The position numbers were made by a program, and so were the translations under genes. From a virus (Duplodnaviria > Caudoviricetes), in IMG/VR virus record IMGVR_UViG_3300037313_001206, positions 1 through 39,136 of that record: a stretch of DNA of 39,136 nt; one strand, given 5' to 3'. The first letter of the stretch is position 1. Each line of letters opens with the position of its first letter. Below, one piece after another: positions 14,920 through 24,646 of this stretch. The notes below the pieces were generated by a model. It was not told where the DNA came from. It saw only the letters and a program-made list of their open reading frames with translations, and did no database searches.

Positions 14920-15315
14920 ATGGGTGGATACAGAACCTTCAAAGGTACGCCTGGCCAGTACCGGACAATTCATAACTGGATCGCCCGGAAACTAGGCAAG
15001 GCGAGTCAATGCGAGAATTGTAATGCCAATGATGGGCGGCGCTTTGTATGGGCGAACATTAGTGGAGAATACCAAAGAGACACTTCAGACTGGGCAGAAT
15101 TGTGCTACCAGTGTCATGCCCTGATAGATGGGATGGGTCGTTCATCGGGCCACCACCCAAGAATACGATGCAAACGCGGCCACAGTTTCAGCGATGCTTA
15201 CGTGAACCCAAACAATGGATGGCGAACGTGTCGTAGCTGTATACCGCTCTATCCGAGCCACTACAAGTCCAAGCGAGCAGCTCATCACCCAAAGGAGACA
15301 TCTAATGCCAACTAA
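14920..15315 (+). CDS. HNH-related zinc-binding endonuclease-like protein
   Basis: IHNWI...CENC...WANISGEY...LCYQCH, plus a C-terminal CKRGH...CRSC module. Confidence 0.7.
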   Translation: MGGYRTFKGTPGQYRTIHNWIARKLGKASQCENCNANDGRRFVWANISGEYQRDTSDWAELCYQCHALIDGMGRSSGHHPRIRCKRGHSFSDAYVNPNNGWRTCRSCIPLYPSHYKSKRAAHHPKETSNAN

Positions 15316-15640
15316 CCCAGTACCGCAGTCATTACGGGAGAAGATTCTTAAAGAAGCCCATGTTGAAGCTGGGATAGTCCGATGGACTGGTGTTGAAGGG
15401 GATATCAAACAAACCTCATGCCCAATCGTACAGATTCCTATTGATGACCTCATGCAACTCTTCGCCCAAGAACAGCAATCCCTGCTTGAGCGGGTTAAGG
15501 TTGAGGTGATTAACCACCAGAGCCTAAGAGAAATAGGACCAGACGTGCATATAGGACTTCAGGAATGGGGCCGATACATTCGAGCTGGTCAGATTGGAGC
15601 CCTAGCGGCATTTGAGGAGGAGCTACGTGGTGCAGTGTAG
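15305..15640 (+). CDS. Hypothetical protein
   Basis: Start MPTNP at 15305 after AAGGAG. Confidence 0.7.
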   Translation: MPTNPVPQSLREKILKEAHVEAGIVRWTGVEGDIKQTSCPIVQIPIDDLMQLFAQEQQSLLERVKVEVINHQSLREIGPDVHIGLQEWGRYIRAGQIGALAAFEEELRGAV

Positions 15641-15715
15641 CCAGTGCCCAGCAGAAGCAACACAGGTGTGGGACAGTGAGCCTTTCTGTCAATACCACTG
15701 GCCGGGGCAAGCAAT

Positions 15716-16108
15716 ATGACGCTGCCCCTACCTTCCGAAGAAATAGAGCAAGCCACGTTTGTGCAGTGGCTTGAACTCAAAGGCATTCCTTTCTCCGCAA
15801 TTCCAAACTCTACGTATACCACCAGTTGGAAGCAAAAAGCTAAGAACACCCGTACTGGGCTGCGGCCCGGCCTACCAGATCTTTTACTCGTACTACCCTA
15901 CTCTTGCCTAGTATTTATCGAAATGAAAAAACAGAAACGTGGTGTAGTTAGCCCCGCACAGCAGCAATGGATCGAGACACTCAATACAGTACCAAATGTG
16001 CAGGCATACATCTGCTACGGCAGTGATGAGGCTATAGCAGTCGTTACCCGGCTAATGGGTAAGTCTCTTACAGTCACCTCCCCTGCCGAGTCAGACAGCC
16101 TCTTTTAA
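15716..16108 (+). CDS. VRR-NUC domain nuclease (PD-(D/E)xK)
   Basis: EEIEQ...GLRPGLPDL...FIEMK...SPAQQQW. Confidence 0.9.
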   Translation: MTLPLPSEEIEQATFVQWLELKGIPFSAIPNSTYTTSWKQKAKNTRTGLRPGLPDLLLVLPYSCLVFIEMKKQKRGVVSPAQQQWIETLNTVPNVQAYICYGSDEAIAVVTRLMGKSLTVTSPAESDSLF

Positions 16109-16183
16109 TCAGATCTAACACCTTAGGGAAGTGGTTAAGTTCGCTATTTGTTCGGAGCAGGGGAATGTGGTATAACTACAAAT

Positions 16184-16258
16184 ATGCTCTTAATTATCGG
16201 CACATTCTTTATAGGCGTTATGACCGGTATACTCATCCGGTCTATCTGGCAGGACTAA
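16184..16258 (+). CDS. 24-aa membrane peptide
   Basis: MLLIIGTFFIGVMTGILIRSIWQD*, ATG shortly after TGTGGTATAAC. Confidence 0.4.
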   Translation: MLLIIGTFFIGVMTGILIRSIWQD

Positions 16259-16431
16259 GCCTGTGGCGGTCGGTGCCACACCACAACTGGGTGCGCTGAC
16301 TCCAATAGCCACACCAAACCAACGACAAACGCAAACACACCTAAGAACGTGGTGCTAATGGCTACCCAGCCCATCCAGGTAATACCTAGTAAGATAAAGA
16401 AAACGGCGGTCAGTAACGTGGATAAATTCAT
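16255..16431 (-). CDS. 58-aa two-TM membrane protein
   Basis: GAGG RBS, MNLSTLLTAVFFILLGITWMGWVAISTTFLGVFAFVVGLVWLLE... Confidence 0.65.
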   Translation of the reverse strand: MNLSTLLTAVFFILLGITWMGWVAISTTFLGVFAFVVGLVWLLESAHPVVVWHRPPQA

Positions 16432-16449
16432 TGTTCAAAACCTCTCTGC

Positions 16450-16596
16450 TTAACTTGCAAGTACTGGGTAGGGATTAGATACCTTGCCCCCAAAATTAAC
16501 GAAGCTCACAAAAGTCCCAGGCATGTACCAGTGATGTACCGGTTCCTCCTCGGCTTCCGTACTAAACGTAAATTGGTGACCTACTTCATAGCTCAT
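16450..16596 (-). CDS. 48-aa hypothetical protein (leaderless?)
   Basis: ATG 6 nt after TGCTACGCT, MSYEVGHQFTF... Confidence 0.4.
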   Translation of the reverse strand: MSYEVGHQFTFSTEAEEEPVHHWYMPGTFVSFVNFGGKVSNPYPVLAS

Positions 16597-16649
16597 AGCA
16601 TAAGCGTAGCACAGCACACAAGCAGTTCAGTCATTACAGAAAATGTCTG

Positions 16650-16678
16650 TTGACAATAATAAACCATGCACATATACT
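16650..16678 (+). promoter_or_regulatory. Sigma70-type promoter of the SSB/HTH operon
   Basis: TTGACA-17-TATACT. Confidence 0.85.
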
Positions 16679-16711
16679 GGTAAGTACAAACAAAGAAAAG
16701 AGGTAATCGAT

Positions 16712-16882
16712 ATGGAAGAACTAAAAGGTATCAATGTAACCGAAAGGTTTGACAGTTTAATGGCGCGACGCGAAAAGCGAAACCCAGGTATTAAGAACAT
16801 TCGTTTTACTAAGTTCGATAAGCTCAAGGCCACGCAATGGAATATGTGGCTGGCGGCGTCCAAGAGTGACTTACTGTCATGA
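16712..16882 (+). CDS. Hypothetical basic protein, first gene of the SSB operon
   Basis: AAAGAGGT RBS. Start must lie downstream of the promoter, so MEELK is used. Confidence 0.7.
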   Translation: MEELKGINVTERFDSLMARREKRNPGIKNIRFTKFDKLKATQWNMWLAASKSDLLS

Positions 16883-16937
16883 CCAAGAAGCTAGAACACA
16901 CCATCATATGTGAGTGCCGTAAATGCTTAGGAGAAAT

Positions 16938-17108
16938 GCTATGGCGAAACCGAAAGCTTTCATAGATGTCCGTAGTCCGAAGATTTCATTTGGCTTAGGT
17001 GCCCTTACCGGTATGGTCATTATTGCTTCACCAGAGATTATCGGAGCCGCACTTTTAATGAGTATCCTAGTCCTTACGCTAAAGCTAATCGAGCAAGGGA
17101 GGATGTAA
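16938..17108 (+). CDS. Small membrane protein
   Basis: AGGAG RBS and two hydrophobic stretches. Confidence 0.6.
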   Translation, partial: AMAKPKAFIDVRSPKISFGLGALTGMVIIASPEIIGAALLMSILVLTLKLIEQGRM

Positions 17109-17408
17109 TGAGCCGAGAAAAGCACGAGATGTCCGAAGAGGCTTGGTGGACACAATTCGACCACCGCGAAGTTGACCAGTATGGCAACTACCCCGGCCAA
17201 ACAGAATACGAACGTAAGCAAGCTCGTCGGAAGCGAAAGCAATGAGCGATTTCTATGATGGCATCACTGAGGATACCGTAGAGAAGATGAAGCGGATGCA
17301 GCCATACATTGACCTGGCCATGAAACAAGGCGACGCCATACACCAAGAGCGACCGTACCAGTTAGTAATAGACATTAGATTACCCAAGCCAGCCAAGGAG
17401 AAAACGTA

Positions 17409-17951
17409 ATGGCACAGACCGTCACAGTAAAAGATTTTAAGATTGGAGACTTCAAAGACCAGAACGGCAACACCTGGTGTGAAGTTGAGTTTGAGGAGTT
17501 TCCAGGTAAGCAGATTAAGTGGGTAGTCAAAGACCCCACTAAAGTTCGGATGGGAGATAAAGTCTATGGACACACAGAACAGAAAACATCGAAAGCAAAT
17601 AAGCCTTACCTACGTTTTGTCCGTGACCAGAATCCCGATAAGCCAGTAGGTGGTTCGGGTGGTGGCACCCGTGGCAACTACCAGCCCAAGGATGAACACG
17701 CCATTGCTAAGGCAGTTGCCCTGAAGGCTTCGGTAGACTTCCACGCGAGTTCGGCTAAGAAAGACACCAACGTAGTACTTGCTGACGCTGACATGTTCCT
17801 GGAATGGCTAGAGACTGAGAAGGAAGTTGCTACTAATAGCGCTCCACTTGATACCTCACCTGACCCAATGGACAGGGTACATGCCAGTAACCCGATGAAT
17901 GAACCTGTCTATAGTGGTGAATCAGTAGACTTAAGCGACATTCCATTTTAG
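17409..17951 (+). CDS. Single-stranded DNA-binding protein (OB-fold, phage type)
   Basis: Beta-rich N-terminus, Gly linker, acidic tail ending DLSDIPF. Confidence 0.75.
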   Translation: MAQTVTVKDFKIGDFKDQNGNTWCEVEFEEFPGKQIKWVVKDPTKVRMGDKVYGHTEQKTSKANKPYLRFVRDQNPDKPVGGSGGGTRGNYQPKDEHAIAKAVALKASVDFHASSAKKDTNVVLADADMFLEWLETEKEVATNSAPLDTSPDPMDRVHASNPMNEPVYSGESVDLSDIPF

Positions 17952-17953
17952 CC

Positions 17954-18202
17954 ATGCCGTACAAAGTATCCCCCACACCCAGTATTGAAGCCGAGGGTGG
18001 CATTGTGGTACACATCAACAACTTCTTTATTAAGAAGGGATTACCGCACCGCTACGGCGATGTAGTGCGGCTGAAGAACCTGAAACTTGGTGGCCGCAGT
18101 ATCAGCAATACCATTGCCGCCAAGGAGTTAGGTGTCAGCAAAAACACTTTGCTAAAATGGTACAAGTTAATAGATAAGGAAGAATTACGTTCGGATGGTT
18201 AA
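17954..18202 (+). CDS. Helix-turn-helix DNA-binding protein
   Basis: SNTIAAKELGVSKNTLLKW. Confidence 0.75.
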   Translation: MPYKVSPTPSIEAEGGIVVHINNFFIKKGLPHRYGDVVRLKNLKLGGRSISNTIAAKELGVSKNTLLKWYKLIDKEELRSDG

Positions 18203-18301
18203 GGTTAGAGTTATAGATTGGAAAGCAATGATGGAAAGTGCAACGGGCCGTCCCTACGAACCACCTAAGCCCAAATCAGTACCCCAGAAGTACGTTACAC
18301 C

Positions 18302-18326
18302 AAAAGACCCTAATTACTAGGGTCTT
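18302..18326 (-). terminator. Intrinsic terminator near the convergence of the two arms
   Basis: AAGACCCTA/TAGGGTCTT hairpin with TTTT on the minus strand. Confidence 0.65.
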
Positions 18327-18375
18327 GTCAGTTATAAGCTAACCTGTTATATCTATCCAAAAGGATATAACAAAC

Positions 18376-18663
18376 ATGAGCTTTCCAAATCCAAGCTGGG
18401 CTGAAGTCGTTATTAGCTTCAAGTTGTTCGTGCTGCTGTATATACCGAAAAAGGCCCTAGACCTAATGCTAGAGCCTTTATTTAATCGGGAAGTACGAGT
18501 ATTGAAGCGAGCCGTTTACAAGCACCATATGCGCCACCACAAGGGCAGCTTACGCACCTGTACGGAAGATGTTTGTAAGCTTAAGCTGCAAAGTCAGCAG
18601 CAGTCTCGGGCGTATCTGTCGGCGCCGGAGCTAGCGGCTGTGCTACCGGAGTTGGAAGCGTGA
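18376..18663 (+). CDS. Hypothetical protein, N-terminal hydrophobic segment
   Basis: AAGGA RBS. Overlaps the 3' end of the holin candidate. Confidence 0.5.
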   Translation: MSFPNPSWAEVVISFKLFVLLYIPKKALDLMLEPLFNREVRVLKRAVYKHHMRHHKGSLRTCTEDVCKLKLQSQQQSRAYLSAPELAAVLPELEA

Positions 18664-19051
18664 CCTGCATAGAGTCAAGCTTCTCGGCCGTGTTCCAGAG
18701 CTTGGTAAACCAGGTCTTGGCCTTAATGGCGTAGACAAAGTTGGCAGCCGCGTAAATGCTCACCACGTAACCACCAATGTACGGTAGCGTTTCCAGTGTG
18801 CGCAGGTGCGTTTGCAGGAACGGTAAGTAGTACTGGATGCCAGTAAAGACGGCTGATACGGCCAGTAGCAGCTTATGCAGGGTTGCCTGGCTAAAGGCCA
18901 CGCCCTGCTTCAGGGTGTAGCGGTGCTTGACGTAAGCCACGACGGCAGATGTGACGAGGCCCGCTAGTAAGGCAGCGGCTACAATTGCCCAGTTGTGGTA
19001 CACGGCGACGAGTACTTTAACGAGCCAAGAGGGAAGAGTTACAGTTTGCAT
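18581..19051 (-). CDS. Putative holin
   Basis: Three hydrophobic segments, immediately after the endolysin candidate. Confidence 0.6.
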   Translation of the reverse strand: MQTVTLPSWLVKVLVAVYHNWAIVAAALLAGLVTSAVVAYVKHRYTLKQGVAFSQATLHKLLLAVSAVFTGIQYYLPFLQTHLRTLETLPYIGGYVVSIYAAANFVYAIKAKTWFTKLWNTAEKLDSMQVTLPTPVAQPLAPAPTDTPETAADFAA

Positions 19052-19062
19052 TTATTTATCCT

Positions 19063-20340
19063 TTATTTATTAACTTTCTTTCTACGGATGACATCCCAAA
19101 TCTTCAGTTTTGAGAGGTCACTCTTTAAGTAGTAAGCAACGTCTTGGAGGGTCAGGTATTCGTCGGGGGCTTGCTGTGGTTCAGGGGGGAGCTTCACAAT
19201 CACAGCCCGGCTGTTGTCGTCGAGTGCGGGAATCGCGTACCACCAGGCAAAGTGCTCGTCTCGAGCGGAACGGGTGCGGTAGAACTTGACGCCGTTCTTG
19301 ATGAACGTACCAGTAATATTCAGCTTTGTACCGTCTGCCAAACGTACAGGGTTCTTCTTGCCGCTGTATTCCTTCATCGTCCAGGGCTGTACCAGTTCAT
19401 ACTCCTCGCTACGGTTCTGCGGGTTCAACACTTGGTAACTTGATTTCCAGGTGTTGTCTGCTTGAGTTCCAATGGGTACTTCAGAGGGCTTTTTAGGTAT
19501 CTGTGATTCACGTACTACGGGCTGTAATGGTGGCTCGGGAGCCGGTTCGGGCGTGCCACTCTCGCGCGGGCCTACCCAACCATTATCCGTCGGAACCGGT
19601 GTAGGGGGTTCTGGTACGTGATTGTCATCGGGGTTGATCCAGTTACCGGCCACACCAGCGGTGCGCGTCAGGTTGTAGGCAACTATTTTCCCGTCAACGG
19701 TTTTCTTATTAAACACATAGTAACCTTCACCAGCAGATACCATAGTGTGCCCATTCCAATTAATGTGGTTAGCGGCTGAATTGGAAGTGCTGTAACCCTT
19801 GACATCTACTACGAGAGTGTATGTTTCAGTTGGAATAGGGATTGGAGCCGCTCCAGAAGGTGGCGGCGGGCTTGCTACAATAACTGGTACCGGTGGTGGG
19901 GTGCTCGTTACCACGACGGGCGCAGGCGCGGGGACGTCAATTGGTACAATGACCCGGGTACCGCCAATATCTTCACTCCAGCCAACGTACGCTACTCCAT
20001 AAATACGCTCCACTTCTGCAATGGATGGAAGGACGTCGGCGGTTGGCTTGTGGTGGTACGGACTTGACCAGACCTGCCCGTCCTTATAAATGGCAAAGTG
20101 ACCCATCTGGTGGTAGCCGGAGAACCAAATCGGTACATACACACCGCTCGGTAAGTCCCAATTCTGGTGTTTGAATTGTACGTGATCGTTCCAAGCTTCC
20201 CATGCGTTGCTACCGGCCCATCCTGCGTTAAAGGCAGTCTGGCCGTAGAGCAGACACCAGCCAAGCCAATCGGTTAGGGTGTGTCCGCCTTGGTAGAGTA
20301 CAGGATCGAGGTTCGGTGTGACCAGTTGGTTGTAGCTCAT
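19063..20340 (-). CDS. Putative endolysin (CHAP/Cys-His peptidase N-domain, Pro-rich linkers, SH3-like C-domains)
   Basis: GWCLLY...NAWEAW...GHFAIY Cys/His pattern, at the end of the late operon beside the holin. Confidence 0.7.
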   Translation of the reverse strand: MSYNQLVTPNLDPVLYQGGHTLTDWLGWCLLYGQTAFNAGWAGSNAWEAWNDHVQFKHQNWDLPSGVYVPIWFSGYHQMGHFAIYKDGQVWSSPYHHKPTADVLPSIAEVERIYGVAYVGWSEDIGGTRVIVPIDVPAPAPVVVTSTPPPVPVIVASPPPPSGAAPIPIPTETYTLVVDVKGYSTSNSAANHINWNGHTMVSAGEGYYVFNKKTVDGKIVAYNLTRTAGVAGNWINPDDNHVPEPPTPVPTDNGWVGPRESGTPEPAPEPPLQPVVRESQIPKKPSEVPIGTQADNTWKSSYQVLNPQNRSEEYELVQPWTMKEYSGKKNPVRLADGTKLNITGTFIKNGVKFYRTRSARDEHFAWWYAIPALDDNSRAVIVKLPPEPQQAPDEYLTLQDVAYYLKSDLSKLKIWDVIRRKKVNK

Positions 20341-20351
20341 ACGACTCTTCC

Positions 20352-21908
20352 CTATATCCAAGCGCTTTCAAATGTAATATTCGTGTTTGGAGTCAATTGC
20401 AACAGGCTAATGTTGGCCGACGTGCTTCCGATAAGTAAGTAGTAAGAGGTAAGGGAGGACACGTCGATAGTGTCTTCCGCATAGGTGGTTGGCGCGTCGA
20501 GCTCAGTACCGGCCGTCTGATAGTCAAACTGGGTAAACAACTTACTGTATGGAAGATTATTGGTGAGGTCGACTGTGGTCGTGGGGGCAACGATGAATGA
20601 TACCATGTTAAATCCCTGGCTCACACTTGATGTCATCAGACCATTGTACTGGGCCTTGATTTTCCATGACCCAGTGGGGAGGCCAAAATTGAGGCCACCA
20701 ATATTTTGCATCTGATAGCGAACAAGACTGGATGATTTTGGAATGGTCGTATTCATTGGGAAAACGAGCGACCACTTACTACTTTGGGAGGGGAAACCAA
20801 ACGGCGTCTTGACCATACTGTAGTAGAAGTTTTGAACCGTCGCATTCGGTACAGTGTAGTCATTACCGGTGAAGACCGTTAACGTACTAGATGTCACCTT
20901 CGTGACGATAGCGTACTCCGTCGCGTTGTAGGGATTGGCGGCCTGCGTGGCAATTGCACCGTTGGCGGCCGTCAAAGTATTGGCGTTCGATGTCTTGTCG
21001 CTAAAGTCACCGGCGCCCCGGAAACATGCAACGAGGTTCGTTTCACTACCAGCACAGTTAATCGCCATGTTCGCCTGGGTAGACGATTGGGTTTGAGCAG
21101 CTGCCCAAACTCGGGTCTCAGCCGTGTAGGCGTTAAGGTACGCAGTGTTTGCGTTACCCCGCCCCATCTGTAAGTTGGCGGTCGCTTGTACCACTGAGGT
21201 AGCACCCGTAGCGGTCATAGTCGAGGCGACTAGCGAACCGTTAATGTAAAAAGCAGCCGTCGGGGTTGCCACGGTTGCGCTGGCAGCGATGTGTACCCAC
21301 CGATTGAGCGGTATCGCTTGGTAGGTGCTGCCCGCACTCGTACCGCTGGCATTGCGCCAAAACAGTTGGATGCGTCCATCAGACTTAATATCAAATTCCC
21401 AACCCGAGCCACCACCGCCGGTGTTGTCGCGGCCGATAATCGCGGCGTCCCCCGATGGGTAGGACAGTAGGTAAATCCACGTTTCACACGTAAAGTTACC
21501 GGTAAACGTCAGGCCGCTGGGACTCGTCTTAGCAGCTGTCTGTGAACTCGCCGCCGCGAAACTCATGCACTGTGTGGGTGGTGTTGTCCCACGGGTATAA
21601 CGTAAACGCATTCCCGCCGAGAGAATACCCGTTAAATCGGAGGGTGTGTTGATGACGAACTCTTTGTTACCGTTATTCGCATTATAGGTGAAGCTACCAC
21701 TGACGGCCTGCCACCCTCCGGCGGTATTAGTGTCAAAAGCGCTTGCCGGTAATGAAGCGGCGGTTATTTTGGTGCCCGATAGACTACTTATGTTGCTGCT
21801 GTCTAGGTTGCCATTAATGGCGGTAACGATAGTGGTAATCGGGGTATTGTAGTCGGCCACGTCGGCCGTGGTGCCATCTTGGGGAAGGGTGACTGATATG
21901 GTGCCCAT
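20352..21908 (-). CDS. Tail fibre/spike with LamG (ConA-like) domain
   Basis: FTCETWIY...IPLNRWVHIA...FYING...ETRVW LamG pattern and N-terminal INGNLDSSNI attachment segment. Confidence 0.8.
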   Translation of the reverse strand: MGTISVTLPQDGTTADVADYNTPITTIVTAINGNLDSSNISSLSGTKITAASLPASAFDTNTAGGWQAVSGSFTYNANNGNKEFVINTPSDLTGILSAGMRLRYTRGTTPPTQCMSFAAASSQTAAKTSPSGLTFTGNFTCETWIYLLSYPSGDAAIIGRDNTGGGGSGWEFDIKSDGRIQLFWRNASGTSAGSTYQAIPLNRWVHIAASATVATPTAAFYINGSLVASTMTATGATSVVQATANLQMGRGNANTAYLNAYTAETRVWAAAQTQSSTQANMAINCAGSETNLVACFRGAGDFSDKTSNANTLTAANGAIATQAANPYNATEYAIVTKVTSSTLTVFTGNDYTVPNATVQNFYYSMVKTPFGFPSQSSKWSLVFPMNTTIPKSSSLVRYQMQNIGGLNFGLPTGSWKIKAQYNGLMTSSVSQGFNMVSFIVAPTTTVDLTNNLPYSKLFTQFDYQTAGTELDAPTTYAEDTIDVSSLTSYYLLIGSTSANISLLQLTPNTNITFESAWI

Positions 21909-21920
21909 GTGTGTTTCTCC

Positions 21921-23792
21921 TTACTGTCCGTAGCCAGACGCTAGCAGCGCGTTAATTAAGTCACTGGAACTGCCAGAATTAGCAGCGTTACCGGAATTAC
22001 CCTGGATGTAGGGCTGGAACAGCGTCATCAGGTTTTGGATTTTCTGTTGCTGTAACTGGGCGCTATCACCTGGTTGCGGGAGCTGACCTTTGGCGGCCTT
22101 GACTTCTTCCGGGGTAGCCGTGGCACCGGTTTCCAAGTGGATGAGGCTTTGCAGCACATTATCACTCAGCGCGTGGTAATCGCCTGCCCCGGCGGCGTTC
22201 GTGATTAGACTACCAACCAGCGGCAGGCCCTGTCCTGGTGTGGCGTTGCGCTCCACGATACTCGGATTATTGCTAATTAACTGGGCGAGCTGCTGAAGGC
22301 TGTTCATACCGCCTTGAGCGAGGCCGTACTGCTGCGAGGTCGGCTTAATCGTGCTACTGGATGACGGCTGCGGGTTGAATATCTTGTCTAGCGCCGAGTA
22401 AGTACTAATGTAGTCACTGGCGTGCTTCGGATCACGCTGAATATCGGCCATGAGGTTATCTTGACTATACGGGCTGTTGTTAGTCGGCTGCTGCTGGGCG
22501 TTGAGCAACGCAGCAGTCAAATCGGGCGATAAACCGGTAGTCTGGGGTGACTGGGTAGCTGCGTTTTGTGCCGGTGAGCTCTGCGCGAGCGCTTGGGCGG
22601 CCCCAATAGGCACCGTACGGCTGGCAATCGCGCCGGGTGTCAAACCGGCCGTTGGCGATTCACCACCACCGAGGGCATTCCCAAGGTGTTCAGTTGCCTT
22701 ACCGAGCGAACCTTCAGCCTTTTGAACTGGCCCGGACGCTGCCACACGACCAATGAGACCGCCGCCGGGGTTGTTGAGGCGTTTGGCTTCAGCTGAGATA
22801 AATGGCTTGATTTCAGATAAGTCGTGATACTGCTGCATCCCGTCAACGGCTCCCAGTTTGTCTGCCAAGAACTGCCGACCGGCTTTGACGGCTTTTAATT
22901 GATTAGAGAGCACGTTGTCACCGGCGGCCATCTTACTGTCAGGGATACGGCTGTCGAGCCCCTTGCGGAACTCCCACAGTCCCTTGGTGTCGGTGACGCT
23001 ATTCTTGAGATCGTTAGCAATAACGTTGGCTTCTTTGACGACGCGTGGGTCAGACGTACCGATACTCTTCACGTAATCGCGGGCAATGTTGTTGACATCA
23101 GTCTTACTGAGCGGGGTGTTATTACCAGTAAAGTGATCGCTAATTTGCGAACCGTACTGATCGAGTTTAGCTTGGACATCACGTAGGGTGTTGTTAGCGT
23201 TCCCCGTCTTAATGCCCTCATTCTGGAGCGTCTGAAGCATGGTAGCGGTATCTTGAGGGGTGAGCTCTTTGTTGGCAATCTTCTGTCCGGCACTAATACC
23301 AGAAACCCGGCCTTGGGCGGCTTGACCTTGGGTGACGAGATTCTTTGCGGTGTTACCCAGTAGCGGTGTATTGGCACGTTCCCCGGCTGCCGTCAAAGCA
23401 CCGGCGAGCCCTTCTCCCGCGCCAAGGGCTTCCGCTCCAGCCTTGACGCCGACGGTGCCGAGTTTAGCGAGGCGCAGTGGGCCTGCACCGAGTACACCCT
23501 GTTCAACGGCCTGCCCTGCCACCCCATTGGTGAGTTTCTGATGCTCGGCAGCATTTTCACCAACCTTACCGGCAGCACCTCCGGTGGCACCCCCCAGTAA
23601 GGCGCCCAGTAGGGTGCCAATGCCCGGTGCAATTGCGGTACCGAGGGCTGCCCCACCGATCGCCCCACCAGTACCCCCAATCGTCGGGATAAGATGCGTC
23701 AAGAAGTTACCAGCGTGACTCTGCTGTTGCGGCGCCGTCAGCGTCTGGTGAAAAGCAGCCAGTTCGTTTGGGTCAATTGGTGCGTATGCCAT
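21921..23792 (-). CDS. Putative DNA ejection (internal virion) protein
   Basis: N-terminal glycine zipper (GGAIGGAALG...) and A/G/Q-rich composition, located after the tail genes. Confidence 0.65.
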   Translation of the reverse strand: MAYAPIDPNELAAFHQTLTAPQQQSHAGNFLTHLIPTIGGTGGAIGGAALGTAIAPGIGTLLGALLGGATGGAAGKVGENAAEHQKLTNGVAGQAVEQGVLGAGPLRLAKLGTVGVKAGAEALGAGEGLAGALTAAGERANTPLLGNTAKNLVTQGQAAQGRVSGISAGQKIANKELTPQDTATMLQTLQNEGIKTGNANNTLRDVQAKLDQYGSQISDHFTGNNTPLSKTDVNNIARDYVKSIGTSDPRVVKEANVIANDLKNSVTDTKGLWEFRKGLDSRIPDSKMAAGDNVLSNQLKAVKAGRQFLADKLGAVDGMQQYHDLSEIKPFISAEAKRLNNPGGGLIGRVAASGPVQKAEGSLGKATEHLGNALGGGESPTAGLTPGAIASRTVPIGAAQALAQSSPAQNAATQSPQTTGLSPDLTAALLNAQQQPTNNSPYSQDNLMADIQRDPKHASDYISTYSALDKIFNPQPSSSSTIKPTSQQYGLAQGGMNSLQQLAQLISNNPSIVERNATPGQGLPLVGSLITNAAGAGDYHALSDNVLQSLIHLETGATATPEEVKAAKGQLPQPGDSAQLQQQKIQNLMTLFQPYIQGNSGNAANSGSSSDLINALLASGYGQ

Positions 23793-24646
23793 TACAGTCC
23801 TAACCTCGCGAGTCCACTCGTACTACCACCCAAGTTAGTGATACTGTTGTTTACTTTGGTTGGTGCCTTGTAGTTAATGGCGTTTTTGAGTAACTGTAGG
23901 TATGGCGAACCACTGTTGGCACTCGTCGTGTTCTTAGGTGGGTTTAGTATTGAATCAAATAATTGCATTTTGTACTGGTCATAAATGTTGCCGTGGGCCG
24001 CGCTACTCTTAATGGCGTTGTACGTTTGGTTAATCAGCGCCGTGTTCTTGGTGTTCAACAACTGGGTGATGGCAGTCTGGGCGTTCTGCTTGTTAATAGC
24101 AGCGTACGGGTCAGCCTTCGCCGCTGGGGCAGCCGGAGCCGAAGCCGTCCCCGTGCTAGCACCCGAGTAACCGAGCGTGGGACTAAAAGCGGCGGCCGCA
24201 GCCCGCGCAGCAGCGGCCCGGTCGGCAGCGTCTTTAGCCTGTTGGTACTGGAATTGGCGTTCAGCGAGGTCTTGCTGCTGACCGAACTGGTAAATCTGCT
24301 GGGCGTTGTTGGCCCGGTTCTCATTTATTTGATTCAGGGCATCCTGAAGAGCGCTGCCTTTGGTGGCGTAGGAGCTTTTCAGGTTGGCGAGGGCCGGTAA
24401 GTAGTTTGTGGCATTGTACTGGGCTTGTTCCTGTAGTGGAATGCCGCCAAAAGCGACGCCAGTGCCACGGCTACGGGCGCCGTTTAAAATATCGTTGTAT
24501 GAGCTCGTTTCCTGGGCTTTGAGAGCAGCTTCATCGCTCTGCTGTTGTTGGGGCAACTGCGCTTGCTGGGCCTGAATACTCTGCACCTGCGGGTCATACA
24601 CAGAGCTGAGACTAGCAAGCACCTGATCGAGCGTCTGAGCAGCCAT
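23792..24646 (-). CDS. Putative ejection/pilot protein
   Basis: Q/A-rich coiled coil with 'ARSRGTG..FGG'. Confidence 0.6.
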   Translation of the reverse strand: MAAQTLDQVLASLSSVYDPQVQSIQAQQAQLPQQQQSDEAALKAQETSSYNDILNGARSRGTGVAFGGIPLQEQAQYNATNYLPALANLKSSYATKGSALQDALNQINENRANNAQQIYQFGQQQDLAERQFQYQQAKDAADRAAAARAAAAAFSPTLGYSGASTGTASAPAAPAAKADPYAAINKQNAQTAITQLLNTKNTALINQTYNAIKSSAAHGNIYDQYKMQLFDSILNPPKNTTSANSGSPYLQLLKNAINYKAPTKVNNSITNLGGSTSGLARLGL

